DNA of 64,000 nt from Utricularia gibba (Eukaryota > Plantae > Magnoliophyta): NCBI GenBank assembly GCA_002189035.1, contig NEEC01000014.1, forward strand, positions 2,480,001 through 2,544,000. The letters run 5' to 3'. The first letter of the stretch is position 1; every line of letters starts with the position of its first letter. This document shows, piece after piece, positions 24,500-39,279 of this stretch. The notes under the pieces were generated by a model. It was not told the origin of the DNA. It was given only the letters and a program-made list of their open reading frames with translations, and did not search any database. A program made the translations under genes and the position numbers.

Positions 24500-25270
24500 G
24501 TCTATCCAAATGAAAATTCAATCAAAAATTTTCGAATAAGATAAGATTCGCATCATATTTTAGAAAATTTGGATGTTATCCTAGAAGATCTGTATCAAAT
24601 CTTAAAAAATTCGGATATAAAATTTGATGTGAGTCCATCAAAAGAGCCTGACAAGTCCCAACCATTATATAAAGATCCAAACGCGAAGATCGAAGTAGTC
24701 GGCGATCAGAGAGTCAGTTTAGGGTTTAGAGTCGAATGTAGTATGTTTTGGATTTCTTTCCTTTCGTTTTTCATGAAATTTTGTTGTTTACAGTCGAACA
24801 TGCACATGTGAGCGCTTGCGGCTAGGAATCTGCGGTGAAACTTTGCTTGCGCAAGTCTTGTGCGTGTGACTGACTTACTATGTTTTTCAACATTTAATTT
24901 GAGGTTTGATTCTATTTTTTACAACGTTTTTTTACCAACGTGATTTTTAGTATCATATAACCCTAAGGAAGTGTGGGAGAATCAAAGGTTGGGCTCAAAC
25001 ATCTAAAGAGAATGACTCACTCTGATATTATTGGTAAGCCATATTCTGTCTAATTTGTATGCAAGATGAGAGGTGTAAGAGTTAGATTTGGGTGTGGGAA
25101 AAATATGGGTTATCACAAGAGATTAAATGATTCTTGTGGCATAATTGATTCCATAATCCCACAAAACAAAGGACAGTACTATAACGATCAATGAGTATCA
25201 CTATTTTAGAATAACACCCCTAAAACTTGTGCAAACAGATCAATCTTCAAGATTTGTAGACATGAAAGAT
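24500..25270. mobile_element. LTR-like dispersed repeat, copy A (inverted relative to copy B at about 44.1-45.05 kb)
   Basis: Reverse-complement matches to copy B, e.g. GAGTTAGATTTGGGTGTGGG, GATTCCATAATCCCACAAAACAA, AGAATCAAAGGTTGG, CTTGCGCAAGT, TGAGGTTTGATTCT. The left boundary is approximate. Confidence 0.7.
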
Positions 25271-25718
25271 GATTTTTAAGGTGTATCTTAGATTAAATGT
25301 CATTTTTCAAATTGTTTTTAAATCAAAATCTTTATTTTTTTTTTAGTTTTTTAAAGTTTTTGTTTGAAAATAAAATGCTAATAATAATTTAATATAAATA
25401 CAATTTTATTTTATTATTTCGATGTTTTTCATGTATTTACAGATTCATCAATATCTTTTTAGTTAAATATGGAAACTTCATTTTGGATTTTTGAGAATGA
25501 TAATTAATATACAAAATGATTTCAAATATATATTTAGATAAATAGGGATTATTTTTGGTGGTTACTATTGTTATGTATGTCGTTTTCAGGTTGTGAAGCT
25601 GAGGATATGCGTCGAGATTTTGGACTTTTCTACTTAAAAGGCACGCGACGTACCGCAAGGGCGAGGCAGGCTCTATAAATAATTTGACAGAAAGATCAGC
25701 ATCTTTAGTTGAACCCTA

Positions 25719-28592
<2,874 letters not shown>

Positions 28593-28994
28593 CAGCCATG
28601 GGGGTTCTGAATTACAGGTCCCTGGATTGCTCGCTCTCCTGGAATCCTCCCCATTTATCTAGTTCGTTGATATGCTGAACATGACTTTGGAAATAATTCA
28701 TTATTAAACATTTTGCTGCGAAATTTTATGAAATTGCATTACTAATTTTCACTCAGCTCGGTGACCAAGGAATTTGACTCCATTTTCAGTGCTAAACAGG
28801 AAATTTGTTCTTGAAACCGGAGAGTCCCATTTTATTAGTACTGATAAGAAGAGAGATTCAACAGACTGGAAGCAGAAGGGCGGGGAGTCCAACAAGCAAA
28901 CACAGGGGCCAGACGCGGCATTTTATTCTTCGACATCAAGGAAAGCCAAACCCCCACAGACGAGGCCAGGTGGGGGAGAGGGGCTCAGCCCTGC

Positions 28995-30135
28995 TCAGTC
29001 ATCATAATGCTTGCGGTGGTGGTGATGCCTGCGGCGATTCTTCTCCTCGTCTTCTTCATCATCATCATCATCGTCATTGTCTCCCTGCAATGCAAAGGCA
29101 AGTACAGTTTGATTATTGTCTCGGCGGTGACAAAGAGATTTAAAAAGAAGGATCGGCTAAGCTGGTCACATATTTCTTGCGGTGATAGCCCTCCTCCTCA
29201 TCGTCGTCGCGCTTTCCTTCACAGCGAGGCTTCCTGTAATCCTCTTCCTCGGATCTCCCATAGCTTGGCCTCTCATACTCTGCCGCTGCTACTGTCTGAC
29301 GGTAACCGGCACGCCCGTAGTTTGATGATATCTCCTCCCTGTTATATTCGCCGTACCCGCCGGAACCAAATCCCTCTTCACCAGCATCAGCTCTGGGGTA
29401 ATTGCTCTTTCGGCCATAGCCATAACCGCCGTACTCCTCAGAACTCGGTCTCTCGTATTCAGAGACAGGAGGCTGCTGTTGGTATTCGGGGCCTCTCCCG
29501 TATCCATACCCGGATCCATACTCAGAACCGGGTTGCTGTTGGTAGTCGGGACGCCGACCGTACTCAGATCCAGATCCGTATTCTGAAGGAGGTGGTTGTT
29601 CGTATTCGGGTCTCCTTCCATACCCGGATTCCTGCCTCTTCCCACCATACTCCGATTCTTGATCTGGAAAATCTGGCTTCCGTCCGTATCCAGATCCATA
29701 ATCCGGATCGGGATAGGACTCGCCGTACTGAGGCTTCCGACCGTATTCAGATCCACCGCCCCCAACGTAATCACTCTCTCCACCATAGCCACCACCAGGG
29801 CGAATCCGCTCTCCATAACCGGGCTCAGGGGCTCCGTAAGACTGCGGGCCAGGGCGCGGCTTGGGACGGGCATAGCTTTGGTACTCATCGTCCAGAGCAG
29901 CCTGATCCGCGTAGGCGGAAGGTTCGCAGCCGGAATCGTACTGCGGACGATCAAGGTCGTAGTCATCAGACCCGGCGGAGAAGCTTCTCGGGTAACAAGT
30001 TTCCTCAGATGGAGGAAGAGGACGGCCGTAGGTCAGAGTGATGTCGTAGCCGCCGCCGTAAGGGGTGGCATCGTACTCCTCGAAGTCGTCGACATCGTCA
30101 TCGGCGGCATGGTGACCCTTCGGAAAGTAAGACAT
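28995..30135 (-). CDS. At5g39570-like Gly/Tyr/Glu-rich disordered repeat protein, 2 exons
   Basis: N-terminus DDDVDDFEEYDATPYGGGYDITLTYGRPLPPSEETCYP, EYGSGYGR(R/K)P repeats, and a short second exon GDNDDDDDDEEDEEKNRRRHHHHRKHYDD*. Confidence 0.85.
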
Positions 30136-30662
30136 TGTCGTCCGGTGATGAGATCGGAAATCTCAAATCTGCGAATTGAACCGAGAGAAGCTCCGGATCT
30201 CACGACTTCGGCTTTTATTACATCACCGACCCGAGTGAAGCGGAGACTTTCCGATCCAAACTGTGCTCCTTATTGGGCCGGCTCATTGACCCTTCTGATT
30301 TCATGGATCACGCCTAAATAATGACAACTCCATACATCTACATTATTTCAATATTTATCTTATTTCTATATTATTTTATATATATATTAAATATTTCACC
30401 ACTTTATCTTTAATAATCACCAGTTTTTCATCAATGATTAACTTGATTTTTCACCTAAAGAAATTTCACCAAAAAAATTCATATCATTTTCACCACACAA
30501 TCTCCATCAATAAAGATAAAAATGTTATCATGGAATTGGAGTTGATATAGAGTTTTTCATTTATTTCTCCATGTGTTTAGAACACCGATTTGATTTCCCT
30601 AAATACATTCTTGTTATAATCGCTCATAATTAACATCATTGTTTTAGAAAAAAGAGATTCAT

Positions 30663-30770
30663 ATCCAATGTAACTATCCACATTTTTTATATGATATTAT
30701 CCATTTCATTAGAACACCCAATCCAATGTAACTATTCATTCTTTTTATATACAATATTATTTATTTAGTA
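30663..30770 (+). repeat. Degenerate tandem duplication, about 58-bp unit
   Basis: ATCCAATGTAACTAT recurs at 30663 and 30721, each followed by similar TTTTTATAT...ATATTAT tails. Confidence 0.7.
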
Positions 30771-31083
30771 ATCTAATTATTATGATTTTACTTTTTTTTA
30801 ATATAAGCTCTCCCCCTCCTTTATTCATAATTTATGTAAGATTTATCTAAAATAGTTACACTTTTCTTTGGGTTGGATCACTTTAGTTTTTGTAGGCTGT
30901 TCATTAATCAAACTTACTTCCAATAGTTCTAACTTTTCTAATCTTACTTTATTTTCCTCAGAGAATGTATCTTTATCAATACAATCATGAACACAAGTTT
31001 TTTTTTTTTTTCTATCTTACATGAGAAATGCAGAGCCCACAGTCCCTGTGCAGTTCAGTTTATTGGAACAAGGAGCGGAATCT

Positions 31084-33463
31084 TTAGTCGAGATGATCAT
31101 GCGGTCGGATGGACATGAAGAAGGCGGCGTACTTCCTCAGCCGGGTGTCGTCCTCCCCAACCCATCACGGCTTCTCCGGGCATGCCGCCTCCTCCAGGCC
31201 ATTTGAATGTTAACGGCTGCCCAAGTCCGCCATTTGGAAGAGTAGTACCGAGTGGCTCTCCTCACCCTCTCATTAGCAAATTTGTAGCGGAACTGGTCGG
31301 TTATGTAGCGCAGATCATCCGCGTCCAGTCCGTAAGCTTCCGTCGACTCCACGCAGGTGTATGTCGCCGACGACGAAGGTAGGCGATCGGCGAAGTGGTG
31401 TCGGAGGCACCATGAGAAGAGCTCGTCCCCGAAGAACCCACCGGGCTCGAGGGAGCTTGTCGCCACACTTCCCCGCGTCAACCTCTGGCTGCTCTGCACC
31501 CGGCCTTGAACGATGAACACGATTCGTTGCACAAGATCTCCTTCCCGGATGATCTGTTTCGGAATCATATATTATGATTATGGGGGTCTGCTGGAAGATG
31601 TGGGATGTTTTACCTTTTCGCCTTGGGAGAAAAGCAAAGGCTTGACACGGTCGCATATGTTGTCAAGGATGCGATCATCCAAGCTATGAAACAATGGCAC
31701 CTGCAAGTACAATGTGGCCGGCGATGTCAGCCTCCGCCGTGCTCTGCTACACTGCCAGAACGGAGAGGGAGAGACTCGTACCTTTTTTATGAGATCGAGA
31801 CAGAGGAAGCGCTTGATGTCACGGCGAAGTCCATCGGGGAAATCCTTAATGAGCTCAGTCTCATCATCGCAGCCCATAGCTGCCCACCTCCGCCGCTCGT
31901 AGAGGCGGACTCGCCGTCTCAACGGCGATGGAAGCTGCCTCCTGCGCATCCACCTCTCCATATCTCTGCATCTGAGTTGTATTTTTCTCTTCTTTGCCAT
32001 GACCGCGTGAAGGAAAACCTGAATGTTTCCGATCAGGAGAGTGAAGAGCATCATACCGCTGAGTACAGCGCAGATGCTGAACAGCACTTCAAGCAGCTCA
32101 CTCGTCGGCTCCAAGTCATTCCCAAAAGTACTGCAAATGGAAAGAATCGATTTTGATGGGAACCCGAGAGAGCCAAATAGGAATGATGAACCTGCTTTCA
32201 CCTTAAAGTCATCAATCCCCAGAAAATGGGATACAGAATCTTCACTGCTGTAGATTTGCTGGACACAACAGGAAGAGCCCATTTGAAGATTCCGTAACGA
32301 AACGGGCCATTTACATCAAAGCACGAGGATTTCAGAACTGGGAAACTGGTATGCGGACCGCAGGAAGCACTAAGCCTCTGTGACGCTGATAAACGAGATG
32401 ACAGATTGCAGTCACTGGTTCCGCTGCACTGCCGCTGCAAACACGACGCCACTCTGTGTATCGCTAGAACATACCAACATCCTCCGGCAACCTTAAACAA
32501 CAACAAAAAAAAAAAAAACAAGGTGAACAGAGGGAATTGATTTTGGTGATCTGAGAGGAAGATGGATTACGTGGGAAGCGATGAAGTAGGCGATGAGATT
32601 GAGGGCGAATCCCCACCAGAGTGTGCCGAAAAGGTATCCAGTGACCTTCTGCATTCTTTTCATTAAGCAAATGCAGTGATAGATTTTGGGGAGGAACTGG
32701 AACCAGAAGACGAGTAGAAGAACGGTGATCATCAGTTTTACTCGGCCTTCACCTATCAATCTTGGAACTACTACCCAGAATACAATCTGTGAGACATGGA
32801 TTGTCAGTGTGAAGCAGGGAAGGAAACTGTGAAATTCGATTTGAAGGGTACCTGCGGCAGGGGGAGAATGACGAAAACATCGAACCAGAAGAGCTTCAGG
32901 GAGCGGAGATAGTGGAGCGCGATGGCGCGTGGATCCCAAACAAGCTTCCCACACCCAACAACGAGGGATTCCCTCGAGACATACGCCAGCCGGAACTGTA
33001 GCCGGAGGTGGAAAATATGGACGGCGTCGACGAAGGTACGCGTCACCGTCATCGCCACGGCCATGGCGAAATTGACAGTAAGACACGGAGACCCCCCGCG
33101 TCCGATTGACAGGGAGTAGAAAATTAAGGAATCCAGCGCCAAGGCTACTCCACGGGCGAGCAAAAACACCCTGTTCCATAACTGCACGCGCTTGCACCGG
33201 GGGTCCAGAACAACTCCACTGCCACCATTCTTCTTCGCCGCTCCGCCACGGCTCACCGCAGCCGGGCGATTTTTGATCGGAATCAAGGAGGAACCGGCGG
33301 TGGCCTCCCACTCTGGCTGGTGCGCCTTGTCGCAGCTGGTGGAATGGAAACTCGGGACCCCCACTTTAGTACAGGCGTAGCATTCGCCGCCGTCATCTTT
33401 TCCGTTCTCCAACCCGATCCGGAACACCCGAAACCACCTAGAATATTCCGCCATTCTCTCCAT
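31084..33463 (-). CDS. CNGC2: Cyclic nucleotide-gated channel, group IV-B (CNGC2/DND1-like); apparent -1 frameshift near the C-terminus
   Basis: CYACTKVGVPSFHSTSC, VLDPR, AYVSRESLVVGCGKLVWDPRAIA, pore TFGNDLEPTS, CNBD, IQ motif WAAVNIQMAWRR. The conserved terminus LRKYAAFFMSIRPHDHLD* is in a shifted frame (stop 31084-31086). Confidence 0.92.
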
Positions 33464-34002
33464 TTCTCCCTCCTCAACCGAACATTTTCAAAATCGCAAT
33501 CTATTGAAAGGGATCCGGAACTCAGATGGGCTCCGATCAGAAGAAGGAGAGCAGCAGCAGCTTGAACACTCGTTCGTGCTGCAGAAGGACACGTTCAAAA
33601 GGACAGCAGTTTCCACATGTATTTTCGTCCCATATGAAATGATTAATTTGCATACCTTCCATTTTGGGCCGTTCATCACAAGCCACACACACAGCACCAC
33701 CGCCCAGATTAATTATCAAATTATTTGAAAAGATGATAAAAATGATCAATTTCAATATTAATAATAGAACAGAAAATATGTTCATTTCATGAGTGATTGT
33801 GATTGAGCACTTGAATAATGATCCACGAACTCAATTTAGTATGAGATGAATTAGAAATCTGATCATGCCTTAGATATTGTATGAAAAAAATAATCATTTA
33901 TAATGTAAATTTTTTAATTTAATGTGTGACATAAAATGTACACATCGTCATTTTTGTAAATGATTCATATAGTATGACATTTAAGTCAATATTTCATATG
34001 GG

Positions 34003-34425
34003 TGATGTGATGATTGAAGAAACAAAAAAGAAGATTTCATAATTATATGAGGACATCTAAGCTTAACAACCATGCATAAGGAACGAAAAATCCCTAAGAG
34101 TTCATTGAAGAAACCGATTTGGGGTTTATTGTCATGGGTCCACTGCTAATCAACACCCATCTGAGGTCCTCCTCTACTAAGAGTTCAATACAAGACGTCG
34201 TCCCAAGTAGCCCAAGCCCAATCGACGCATTAAGCCAGATCATTGTAATTTGCAAGATAAAGACAAGCTACCAGACACTTCTAAACAACCAACAACTATC
34301 TTTTACAGCTATAAATACCTGTTGTTGTACAAATCAAATAACAATGATTCAGCCAATTTGAATATTTTTCACAACATTTTACAAAGTTTCAAAGTTTTTC
34401 CACCTCGTTCCATATTGTTCTTACA
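34003..34425 (+). repeat. 5' LTR of the copia element
   Basis: TGATGTGATG...TTGTTCTTACA, with TATA box TATAAATA at 34310-34317. Confidence 0.85.
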
Positions 34426-34437
34426 TGGTGAACCCGA
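34426..34437 (+). other. Primer-binding site complementary to the tRNA-Trp 3' end
   Basis: TGGTGAACCCGA is the reverse complement of ...TCGGGTTCA-CCA, the recalled 3' end of plant cytosolic tRNA-Trp(CCA). It follows the LTR directly. Confidence 0.7.
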
Positions 34438-37400
34438 TATAAACGACCTTGACATTCAATCTTCTCAGAAATCAACTTCAACTCTCTTCAAAGGACATCT
34501 AATTGAAAATGAACGATTTGTGGTCAGTGATATCTTCAAATGATAACCCTACATAAAAGGAAATCAAGCAAAAGGATGAGCACACAAAAGGGTCAAATAC
34601 GTGCTAGATAAATACCTATCTGAAGATGTCTTCAACAATGTAATGAAAATCAAAGAAGCTAAGAAGGTATGAGACAAGCTCAAGGAACTTTATGGTGAGG
34701 ATGCAGAAGTAAAAGAGAATCAAATCCAACGCCAATAGGAGACATTCAATCATCTCAAATTCACTCCAAGTATGAGCATTGCTCAATTTTCTAACATACT
34801 TACTAAAGTGGTTATCGAGGTGCAAACACTAGGAGAACCTGTGGAGGATCGCTGAATTAAGTCTAAGATATTGACATCTCTTCTCCATTTATTCGCATCT
34901 ATTGTGACTGCATTGAGTGTAAGTGGGATTCACTTCATTTCCAACAAGAAACTCCTCAAAGCCTAAGTCAATTAGAAGATAAATCTGGACAATTATATAA
35001 TCAAGATTCAACTTTTGAGGTAACAACATATCTTAGATGGCAACCTACTGTCTCTAATGCCACCTCTCTATTAAAGGACTCTATTTTTCAACTATCTAAG
35101 ACATACAATATGAACACTCAAGCTCCCTGCCCTACTACAATAAAAAAAATCATCAGTCGAATAATTGTTTTTGGCATCTTGAAGCTACTTGTTCATATTG
35201 CAATCTCAAAGATCATGTTGAACGTGTTGGTCCCTTAAAGAAATTCCATGCTCTAGGAGGAATACTACCCATCTAGTTAGTAAATTAGCCAACAAATTAA
35301 ATTATGTATGTGTGACTGTTGATCCGAATAAGACTACGGTTGAACTTCATACCTTGCGTCAAAACACATTGATTTCTTCCTCTGATCTTATGAAACAAAG
35401 CACATGGCTATTGGACAATGGATGCTCACATCATTTAACGAATGATTGCAGTATTTTTTCATTATTTAATCTCTCTTCAGACAAATATATTGTAATCGCA
35501 AATGGAAAGCATATACTAGTCATAGGACAAGGGATTATTTGTATCGAAACTTCTCAAAGACTCATCAATATCAACGATATCTACTATGTTCCAGAGATAT
35601 CTAACAATCTTATTAGTTGTGGCCAATTGGTGAAAAAAAGATTCAAAATAATCTTGGAAAACAATTCCTATTTAATCAAAGACCCGAATGCTAACATCAT
35701 ACTTACATTACCTATGGTGAATCAAATTTTTCCATTGGATTTCTTCTCTTCAGCTCAAATCTCAGATATTGTCTGCTCTACTTCTAAAATGTCACAACTA
35801 TGGCACAAGAGGTTAGGACATCACTACTATGACTCCACACTCTCGCTCAAGAGGAAAAACTTAGCCAAAGGAATACCTGAGCTGTTGTACCCAAAAGAAA
35901 TTTGTAGCATTTTCCAACAATGCAAGATGACTCGCAAATCGTTTCCTACTTCTAGCAAACATGCTGAAAATAAACTTTAGGTGGTCACCAATGATGTTTG
36001 TGGCCTGATGAACATACCTACAAAGGTTGGAAATAAATATTATGTCATTTTCATGGATGAGTTTACTAAATTCATATAGATATGTATGCTGGCGAGGAAA
36101 TTCAAAGTACTGAATTATTTCACTATGTTCAAATCCATTGCAGAAACACAAAGAAATTGCAAGATATTCATCTTGAGATCAATGGTGGCGAGTACACCAT
36201 CGTTGACTTAAAACATCTCTGCAAAACTCATAGAATGGTTCATCAATTTACAGTGCCCTATACAACTGAACAAAATGGTATTCGCGAAAGGAAAAATCGA
36301 ACCATATTGAATATAGCCAAATGTTTATTATAGGGAGAAAAATATGTGCTATATTTTTGGGGTGAAGCAGTAAACACTACCGTCTATCTCCTCAACATCT
36401 ACCCTGTAAAGGCAGTCCAAACTCAAAGTCTCCCTATGAATGATGGAATAATAAAATTCTTAATCTCGAATATCTCAGAATCTTTGACTCTTTATGCTAC
36501 ATTCATATACCAAAGGAGAAGAGCAAACTTGATGTTACCTCTAATGTGGGAATATTTCTAGGATATAGCAATACAAGTAAAGCATATTGAGTTCTAAACA
36601 TGAAGATTGAAAAGTTGCAACTCAGCAGAGACGTTACCTTTGATGAATCTAAAGGATGGGATTAGAAGTCAACAGAATATATGGATTCCAATAGCAATGG
36701 AACTAATAGTCCCAATACACATTTGTTATTTCCAGAAGAGGACTTATATGATCCACTTTCATCTTCAACTTAACCTCATGACTACACTTCCCTCATGTAG
36801 GTAATTAATGGTGCATCCCTATGTGTACAACAATAACCTACGAGCAATGATGAGTCTGACTTAAATGAATGTCATGTTACTTTAAGAGAAAATGAATCTC
36901 ATGACTCAGAACAACAAAACATATTACATATATATCCTGCTTCCTCCATGACTCAGAATGCTTCAAACACACTTCCCGTATAATTTTTAGACAACAGTCA
37001 TACATCAGATATCCTGATGGAAAGACCAGACTATTTAAGCCATGATAATCTTTCATTCTCTTCTGATGCTGATACAAGCGAAAGTGAACACTTGAGTACA
37101 AGTCTTCCACATGGCTTTGTTTCTTGACAAACATGCAAAGTCACTAACTCCTATAGATCAACAATATTGAATGATTATGAATCTGACGAAGAATATAGAC
37201 CACACTTTTACTAACATCTCTAGGTGATGTTATGGACTATCACAGTGATTCAAACGTTTCATTGATGAACTGCAACCATGGATGAAATTCTTTCTCGGTG
37301 CAATCTCACTCTAGAACCAGCTTACTGATGCTCTGCAAGAACCAAAGTGGCTGAAATCAATGGTTGATGAACTAAATTCAATACAAGATCATGAAGTTTG

Positions 37401-38820
37401 GGAATCCATTGAGAGATCAAAAAATTTGAAAGTCTTGGACTTGAAATAGATACGTAGAGTAAAGATTAACCCTGATGGAACGAAAAACATATTGAAATCA
37501 AGATTAGTACTCAAAGGTTACCTACATAAAATAGGTGTCGACTATTTTGAAATGTTTGCTCATGTAGCCTGCCTAGACCCTATCAAACTGATAAATGCAA
37601 TCGTAGCCACTAAAAAATGGAAGCTTCATCATCTAGATATCGAGTGTACCTTCTTGAATGGAGACCTACATGACAATATGTGTCAACCCCTCACGAGGAT
37701 TTTAGATCAAAGATGGAAGTAACAAAGTTCTAAAACTAGAGAAATCACTATATGGTTTCAAGTAAACTCCCAAAGAATGATATTCAACTATAGACACCTT
37801 TTTTATTATACAAAAGTACTTTAGAAGCAAAAATGATATTACTGTTTACATTCTAGAAAATCATCAAGGCAAAATTATTGTGTAAGTCTTTGTAGATGAT
37901 ATTCTTATGATTGAAGATAATTCTGATCTAATTGACTAACAAAAGAACCCGCAGAAGTAGAGATTCAATCTGATCGATCTTGGTTTAATGAGATACTTTT
38001 TGGGATTAGAGTTCTTCCAAGAGGAGGAATATATCTTCATATATCAGAAAAAATATACTATTGATTTAATCACAAGATATGGATATCTTAATGCAAAAGA
38101 AGCGTTGGTACCTCTCTCTCCAAATATCAAATTTAAACTGGAAAATATGAAAGATGAAGAACTATATCCTGAAAAAATATCAGCATCTCATTGACGCTCT
38201 CCTCTACCTCATGGCCACCAAACCGGACATTACTTTTGCGGTTTCCTTCCTATCTAGATTCATGTACAAATCACTCACTCACTGCACGTTGTGATATTGC
38301 CAAAAGAATACTTAAATACCTGAAATCCGCAACTGATGTGGGTTTATATTTCAAACGCGATACTAAATCTACCTTGCAAGGCTTTGTTGATTCTAATATC
38401 GTAGGTGATGAAGATAGCTGCTGCTCCACCACATGCTATTTGTTCAATCTAGGCACAATTGCCTTCTCCTAAAACAACAAAAAACAATCTATCATAGCGC
38501 AATCATCAGCAGAAGCAGAATATATGGCCATGGTAACAGCAGCAAATCATGCACAATGGTTATTGAAAATTTGTTAAAATTTACATATCAACATAAGTAA
38601 ACCGCTAATCCTCAAGATAGACAATAAATCTACTATAAGCATGATGTAAAATCTAGTGTTATTTGATCGAACGAAGCATATCAAGATTAAATATCATGTA
38701 CTGCATGACTATATCAAAGAGCGCTCTATCAAGCTAGAGTTACATACCACCAGATGATTAGTATGCATACATCCTCACAAAATGCTTATTCCCATCAAAT
38801 TTCTGCAAAATTTTAGTTAA

Positions 38821-39234
38821 TGATGTGATGGTTGGAGAAATGAAGAAGATTATAGAAGTATCTGAGGAAACCCAAGCTCAACAATCATCTAGAATGAACA
38901 AAAAATCCCTAAGAACCGATTTGAGGTTTATTGTCATGCCCGCCAACACTCATGTGAGGTCCTCCTCTACGAAGAGTTCAATACAAGACATCGTCCCACG
39001 TAGCCCAAGCCCAATCAACTTATTAAGCCAATTCAAGGAGTTACCATCATTGAAATCTACAAGATAAAGACAAGCTAACATACACTTCTAAACTATCAAT
39101 GGCTATCTTATGCATTTATAAATACCCATTGTTGTACAAACCAAATAACAACAATTCAATCACTTTAAATATTTTTCGCAACATATTACAAAGTTTCAAA
39201 GGTTTTTCCACCTCTTTCCATATTGTTCTTTACA
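38821..39234 (+). repeat. 3' LTR of the copia element
   Basis: TGATGTGATG...TTGTTCTTTACA, homologous to the 5' LTR with indels. TATA box at 39117-39124. Confidence 0.85.
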
Positions 39235-39279
39235 CTTCAACCATTGTTTGTGTTTTTTGGCAGGATTATACCACATTGT

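Larger units (their letters stand above)
34003..39234 (+). mobile_element. Decayed full-length Ty1/copia LTR retrotransposon
   Basis: Two homologous LTRs of about 420 bp (TG...CA) and a PBS. Copia domain order: gag (about 34600-34950), protease (WLLDNGCSHH), GAG-pre-integrase (LWHKRLGH), integrase, RT (KSRLVLKGY), RNase H. Many stops and frameshifts; no TSD or PPT recognised. Confidence 0.9.

Noticed and set aside
29007-30321. Long plus-strand ORFs (344 and 241 aa)
   Set aside because: They are antisense shadows of the repetitive, GC-rich At5g39570-like CDS.
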